From NCBI GenBank assembly GCA_048886185.1, contig JBHLKY010000006.1, positions 1-32,000 of the forward strand: 32,000 nucleotides of DNA, in the 5' to 3' direction. Origin of the DNA: Candidatus Hermodarchaeota archaeon (GTDB lineage: Archaea > Asgardarchaeota > Heimdallarchaeia > Hodarchaeales > Hodarchaeaceae). The notes below the pieces were generated by a model. That model worked only from the letters and a program-made list of their open reading frames with translations. It ran no database searches and was not told the DNA's origin. The translations under genes were made by a program, and so were the position numbers. Shown in pieces: positions 27,372 to 32,000 of this stretch. Each line of letters starts with the position of its first letter. Position 1 is the first letter of the stretch.

Positions 27372-28445
27372 ATGAAAACTGATTTTTTTGAAAACAAAGT
27401 TATATTAGTCACTGGAGGAGCAGGTTCAATTGGTAGTGAACTTGTAAAACAGCTTCTAAAACTCAATGTGAAAGTAGTTCGAGTAATTGATACTGATGAG
27501 ACAGAACTATTTTTCATGGAACATTCACTAGATTCTGATCGATTACGAGTTTTTATTGGCGATATAAGAGATAGTGAAAGAATGAATTTAGCAATGGAAA
27601 ATGTAGATATAGTATTCCATGCAGCTGCTTTAAAGCATGTACCTTTATGTGAAAAAAATCCATTTGAAGCTGTTAAAACTAATATTATAGGTACCCAAAA
27701 TTTAATTCAAATTGCTCGATCTAATAAAGTTAAAAAGTTTATTACGATTAGTACTGACAAAGCTATTAATCCAACTAATGTCATGGGGGCGACCAAACTC
27801 CTTGCTGAAAGATTAACCATTGCAGCATATCATTACACAGATTATAGAGATACTTCTTTTTCTTCAGTAAGATTTGGTAATGTTCTAGGGTCTCGAGGAT
27901 CTGTTATTCAGGTTTTTATAGATCAAATTCAAAAAGGAGGGCCAATAACAGTTACAGACCTCAATATGACTCGCTTTATCATGAAGATTGACCACGCTGT
28001 TCAATTAGTTTTGAGAGTAGCAACACTTGCAAAAGGAGGGGAAATTTTTATCCTAGAAATGCCAGCAGTAAATCTAAAAGATTTAACGGAAGTCTTAATT
28101 GAATTAACAGCTCCTTTATATGGTTATGTTCCTAATGACATAAAAATTAAGATCATAGGTAATAGAATTGGCGAAAAAGAACATGAGGAACTCCTAAGTG
28201 AATATGAAACAATCAATTCCTACTTATTGAAGTATGAAAATCTATATATACTCACTCCCAAGGATCCATCTTATCATCCAGATGTTTTGTTGTCCTATTA
28301 TAAACAGATGGGGGCATCTATAAAGGATATTAAGCAGATCCAAATCAAATCTTCCTCTGAAGCAGATTTACTTTCTAAATCACAAATTAAGTCTTTATTA
28401 AAGGAATTTATTTCCGATTTAACTTCAAAAAAATTCATAATATAG
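27372..28445 (+). CDS. UDP-GlcNAc 4,6-dehydratase family (PglF/CapD catalytic-domain-like, no TM domain)
   Basis: 357 aa; TGGAGSIG, HAAALKHVP, STDKA, MGATK, VRFGNVLGSRGSV, GEKEHEEL; GGTGA SD. Confidence 0.9.
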   Translation: MKTDFFENKVILVTGGAGSIGSELVKQLLKLNVKVVRVIDTDETELFFMEHSLDSDRLRVFIGDIRDSERMNLAMENVDIVFHAAALKHVPLCEKNPFEAVKTNIIGTQNLIQIARSNKVKKFITISTDKAINPTNVMGATKLLAERLTIAAYHYTDYRDTSFSSVRFGNVLGSRGSVIQVFIDQIQKGGPITVTDLNMTRFIMKIDHAVQLVLRVATLAKGGEIFILEMPAVNLKDLTEVLIELTAPLYGYVPNDIKIKIIGNRIGEKEHEELLSEYETINSYLLKYENLYILTPKDPSYHPDVLLSYYKQMGASIKDIKQIQIKSSSEADLLSKSQIKSLLKEFISDLTSKKFII

Positions 28446-28507
28446 TTTTATTTTCTTTAACATTCAAGTGTAGTATTATCTTTAGAGGAAGAAGGATAAT
28501 TTTTTAG

Positions 28508-29323
28508 CTAGTAAAAATTCTGTTGATTATCTGTTTTAGTGATCAAGCGATTATAAAGTCTAATGTATTTTTCAACGGGTGTTTGTTCGGTTTCAGTGAT
28601 TATTTCTCCAGTATCGACTAAAACTTTACACCCACTAGCAATGGCTTCCAAACCAGCTTTACTTAATACTTCTCTAGAGGTAAGCCCTTTTAGGTCAAGT
28701 ACATACTCAAAAGAAGATAAAAACTCTGGAAATTCATTAAATGGAATGACTTTTAGTGGTTGGTCGGCCATGCGGTTTAAAATTGTTAATTCAAGATTAT
28801 TTTCTTTCGCAAAATTTTTAGCTTCTTCTGTTTTATCGACTGGAGGCGTCCTTATGAACAATGCTGTCCCTTTCCTTTTATTACCATGATCTTTAAAACT
28901 TGGTGAAATTGGACGACCATAATATTCTACTCCCTCACGAAGCAAATCCTTTGTACTTACAAGAATTTTTGTGGCTAATCTTTTCACGTATATTGGTATT
29001 TCTCTACCTCGGATTTCTGTCCCATGGTATTGAAATACAATGGGAACCCGTGGAGAAAATAATTTCGCAAGAATTAATCCCTTAGTCCAAGCACGAACAT
29101 GAATTAAATCTGGTTTAAAGCTTAGAATATGTTTGATAATGATAAAGGAGTATTTTATAACACCACAATCTGGTACAAAATTAAAATCATAATTTTGGCA
29201 AATGTACATATTATCATACTTTGCTCTATGTATTACATACGACTTTCCATACCCATTTCTATTAATATACTCAGAAATGATAGAACCATTACCAGCTATT
29301 TCACAAATGTTTAATATCTTCAT
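28508..29323 (-). CDS. Compact GT4-like glycosyltransferase
   Basis: 271 aa; PDLIHV, YHGTEIR and an EX7E motif (EVLSKAGLE) followed by AIASG. Confidence 0.7.
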   Translation of the reverse strand: MKILNICEIAGNGSIISEYINRNGYGKSYVIHRAKYDNMYICQNYDFNFVPDCGVIKYSFIIIKHILSFKPDLIHVRAWTKGLILAKLFSPRVPIVFQYHGTEIRGREIPIYVKRLATKILVSTKDLLREGVEYYGRPISPSFKDHGNKRKGTALFIRTPPVDKTEEAKNFAKENNLELTILNRMADQPLKVIPFNEFPEFLSSFEYVLDLKGLTSREVLSKAGLEAIASGCKVLVDTGEIITETEQTPVEKYIRLYNRLITKTDNQQNFY

Positions 29324-29415
29324 TCATTAATCACTTATTGTCAACTAAATTGGAGTGGTTTCTTAGCAGATAGCCTTTTGGTATCTAACTTGTGATCAAT
29401 TCTTGATTTTAGAAA

Positions 29416-30018
29416 TCAATCTTTAACAACTAATTTTATTAATTCAAAAGCCTCTGCAAATTCTGCACGAATTTGAGTTCCACGAGTCTGAACAATACTC
29501 CATTGGAAATTTTCCTGAAAATAATTTCTATTTTTTTGAGATCTATAACACATGAGAGCCTTTATCTTTTGCTCAATGTTTTCTTTCGATAATTGGACAA
29601 AACAATTGGCTTGGAAAATGATATTATTCCAAGGAAGTTCATAACCCCAGATTGTGGAGTCTTTAAAGGCACGAATAGCCTCATTACAAATGACTTGATG
29701 GTCTTGATGGAGATCACGAGTAGAAGGGATAAATACAAGATCAATGTCTTCAGAAATGCTAAGGTTGTACAAGAAATCTAAGATTTCTTGACGTTTTAGG
29801 AAAAAATTACGTCGGGGGAAGTCAAGAATTTCTATTTTTTCTATACCGAGAATTTTTGTACTTTCTTTGACTTCTATAATTAATTGTTCATTTTCACACC
29901 ATGAAAAAACAATAAAATGAATATTATTACCCATTTTCAGGAATTTATCCAATGTACCCCCGCAACCAAGCTCCGCATCATCTGTATGGGGACTAAGTAC
30001 AAGAATATTTTCAAACAT
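29416..30018 (-). CDS. PIG-L/LmbE family N-deacetylase
   Basis: 200 aa; SPHTDDAELGCGG and HQDH metal-binding motifs, KIKALMCYRSQ, AEAF. Confidence 0.9.
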   Translation of the reverse strand: MFENILVLSPHTDDAELGCGGTLDKFLKMGNNIHFIVFSWCENEQLIIEVKESTKILGIEKIEILDFPRRNFFLKRQEILDFLYNLSISEDIDLVFIPSTRDLHQDHQVICNEAIRAFKDSTIWGYELPWNNIIFQANCFVQLSKENIEQKIKALMCYRSQKNRNYFQENFQWSIVQTRGTQIRAEFAEAFELIKLVVKD

Positions 30019-30547
30019 GAGTTAACACCACTTTGTTGTATGTAATTGAAGTGAGTTAGAGTAGAATTACCATTTGAAACCACATTTTGAAATATTTTTC
30101 ATACTTGTGGCTCGTGTAGTGGTCTATTCTTAATGTATTTATTGTTAGTACAGGAGATTTTCACCTTGAAAAAAGAAATCCTAGTTCAAATTGAATATAG
30201 AATCTTTTGGGAGTCTTTTTCTGCTTCTGAATGAATCGAAAAATAGTAAAAAGTATCTGTTGAACCTCAATAATGAACTTGTGCTTTTGTAGTTCGATAT
30301 TCTTGTAGAAGTTGTATTTTGGTAGTAAATTATAGGTGTAAAACTATTCTGAATGTTGTTTCTAAAAATTGACGATGATAATTTACTCTCGCAGTTCAAT
30401 ACTGTGGAAATGTGTTCAAATTAATTTCAGAGAAGACACAAACTCAAAGTCTATGAAATAATTAATCTATAACAATGTATTTGAGGGAATTCATGACCCT
30501 TTCTGGTCAAGTATGGTAAATAAAGCAACTTCTAATATAAGAAGGAA

Positions 30548-31660
30548 TTAAAGCTCTTTTACAGTAGGAACAGTAGGAATTGCCTTGTTTAACTCTCTTA
30601 ATATTCGATCTGAGGCTTTTCCGTCACCATAGATCGAAGGTTTGGCAATAATTTTCTTCTTGATCATTACTTCAATCGCTTGTGCTATCAATATTGGATT
30701 ATTCCCTACAATTTCATTAGCTCCTTCTTCAACGGTTTCCAACCATTCTGTCTTGTTCCTTAATGTTATACAGGGAACTTCTAACAGGTATGCCTCTTTT
30801 TGTAACCCCCCAGAATCAGTTAACACTAATTTGCTATTCGCAACTAAATTTAAAAAAATATGATATGATTGGGGGTCTATCAATTTGATATTCGGTGGAA
30901 TTTTAATGTTTGTTTTTTCTATAATCTTTTTAGTGTGTGGATGAATGGGAAATATGGAAGAAATCCCAGTTTTTCCAATTGAAAGGAATATTTTATTAAG
31001 CTTCTCTGAGTCAGCCAAGGTTTCACGTCTGTGAAGAGTCATAATTAAATAGTTTTTCTCCTCAATTCTTAAATTATCAGCTGTAGACTCAAATAATTTC
31101 TTATCAATTATCCTCTTTTTTTCTGAAATTAATAATTCTTGCATTGTATCACCAGTAAAGATAATTGCGCCGAGGGCTGATTCTTTTTCTAAATTCTGAA
31201 TAGCTGTTTTAGTTGGAGCGAATAGAAGGGCCGATCCATGATCGATTAATCGACGGTTAATTTCTTCTTGCATCCTTAAATCAAAACTTCTTAGTCCTGC
31301 TTCGATATGACATACAGGAATTTTCAGGAACATACCCGTAAGGGCTCCCGCTAATGCTGAATTGGTGTCCCCTGGAATTAGCAATCCATCAAATTCTCCC
31401 TTCTTGAGAATGGGAGTAAGTTTCTCGATAATTTTACAAATGTGATAGTCCGTGGATCCTGACCGTACATCTAATTCATGATCAGGAGAATCCATTAACA
31501 GATTTCTAAAAAATAAATCGGATAGATAAGAGTCATAATGCTGCCCAGTGAAGATATGGACAATTTCAATCTCAGTTAGCGATTTTACATTCCTAAGAAT
31601 AGGTACAGATTTAATAATTTGGGGTCTAGTCCCTGTAACAAGTGCGTACTTTTTTACCAT
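30548..31660 (-). CDS. wecB: Non-hydrolysing UDP-N-acetylglucosamine 2-epimerase (WecB/WbpI-like)
   Basis: GTRPQIIK, TGQHYD, GDTNS, HIEAGLRS, EEINR, TDSGGLQKEA, YGDGKAS; start ATG 31660 (or 31669). Confidence 0.92.
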   Translation of the reverse strand: MVKKYALVTGTRPQIIKSVPILRNVKSLTEIEIVHIFTGQHYDSYLSDLFFRNLLMDSPDHELDVRSGSTDYHICKIIEKLTPILKKGEFDGLLIPGDTNSALAGALTGMFLKIPVCHIEAGLRSFDLRMQEEINRRLIDHGSALLFAPTKTAIQNLEKESALGAIIFTGDTMQELLISEKKRIIDKKLFESTADNLRIEEKNYLIMTLHRRETLADSEKLNKIFLSIGKTGISSIFPIHPHTKKIIEKTNIKIPPNIKLIDPQSYHIFLNLVANSKLVLTDSGGLQKEAYLLEVPCITLRNKTEWLETVEEGANEIVGNNPILIAQAIEVMIKKKIIAKPSIYGDGKASDRILRELNKAIPTVPTVKEL

Positions 31661-32000
31661 AATAACCATCAGCTTAATCTAATAAATAATAATTTTATTG
31701 AAATGAACTATTATATATTTAAAAAAAGTGGTTTCGGGTAAATATCGTGAACTAGCCTGAAGTTCTAACAGAATCACCTTTTCAATAATATATTAATTAT
31801 CATTACCTTTTTGAAAAATATGTCTAGTCTTTTACTAATATAATCTGAAAAGGGGGTTCTGATTAAAGAATATTTTTCAACTTTCTTGGCAAATTAGCCA
31901 GCTGGTATTTGAATAAAAATTTTCGTGTCTTTTGTTGACGGGATGAAAGATTAAATTGCCATCCGTTTGAAAAATAACCTGCTATAAGTCGTACCGCGGA

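Noticed and set aside
23424-28445. Pseudaminic acid pathway
   Set aside because: Hydrolysing NeuC is present, no PseG/PseH-like genes are seen, and the dehydratase has RFGNV
3547-30018. UGA read-through (selenocysteine) at TGA-ending genes
   Set aside because: All TGA stops fall at the expected family C-termini and no continuing homologous frame is apparent
28563-30863. Plus-strand ORFs including the 108-aa 28563..28889
   Set aside because: Antisense to GT4, PIG-L and wecB genes; no recognisable features
31670-32000. Weak inverted repeats (ACGGGATG/CATCCGT) and GC-rich window end as tRNA or IS end
   Set aside because: Imperfect pairing, no cloverleaf or transposase visible, truncated by the window edge
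1-32000. CRISPR arrays, rRNA, tRNA, transposases/integrases
   Set aside because: No regularly spaced repeats, RNA-gene signatures or recombinase motifs were seen

Overview
AT-rich, gene-dense prokaryotic window, most likely from an archaeon. An Asgard/Heimdallarchaeia-like origin is an inference from archaeal-type RHH and HTH-CBS regulators, a split MetE, GGTG(A)-type SD sites and a bacterial/eukaryote-type MetK. It has two parts. (1) 1-9 kb, sulfur/methyl node: sat with two tandem small RHH proteins, a YeiH/PSE-family transporter whose N-terminal helix seems to be a separate small gene, an orphan GT-B protein, and an HTH-CBS regulator divergent from a metE(N)-metE(C)-metK operon. (2) 9-31.7 kb, a large mixed-orientation surface-glycan locus centred on nonulosonic acids (sialic-acid-like sugars). 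It encodes two different NeuB synthases (a NANS/KDN-9-P-synthase-like one next to a KdsC-family phosphatase, and a canonical SAF-domain one in a legionaminic-acid-like operon), two NeuA cytidylyltransferases, two PtmF-like oxidoreductases, an SDR, a class III aminotransferase, two candidate nonulosonate transferases, a flippase, WecB/WecC, a PIG-L deacetylase and a GT4. No rRNA, tRNA, CRISPR array or mobile element was recognised. All assignments come from motif reading by eye; no searches were run.
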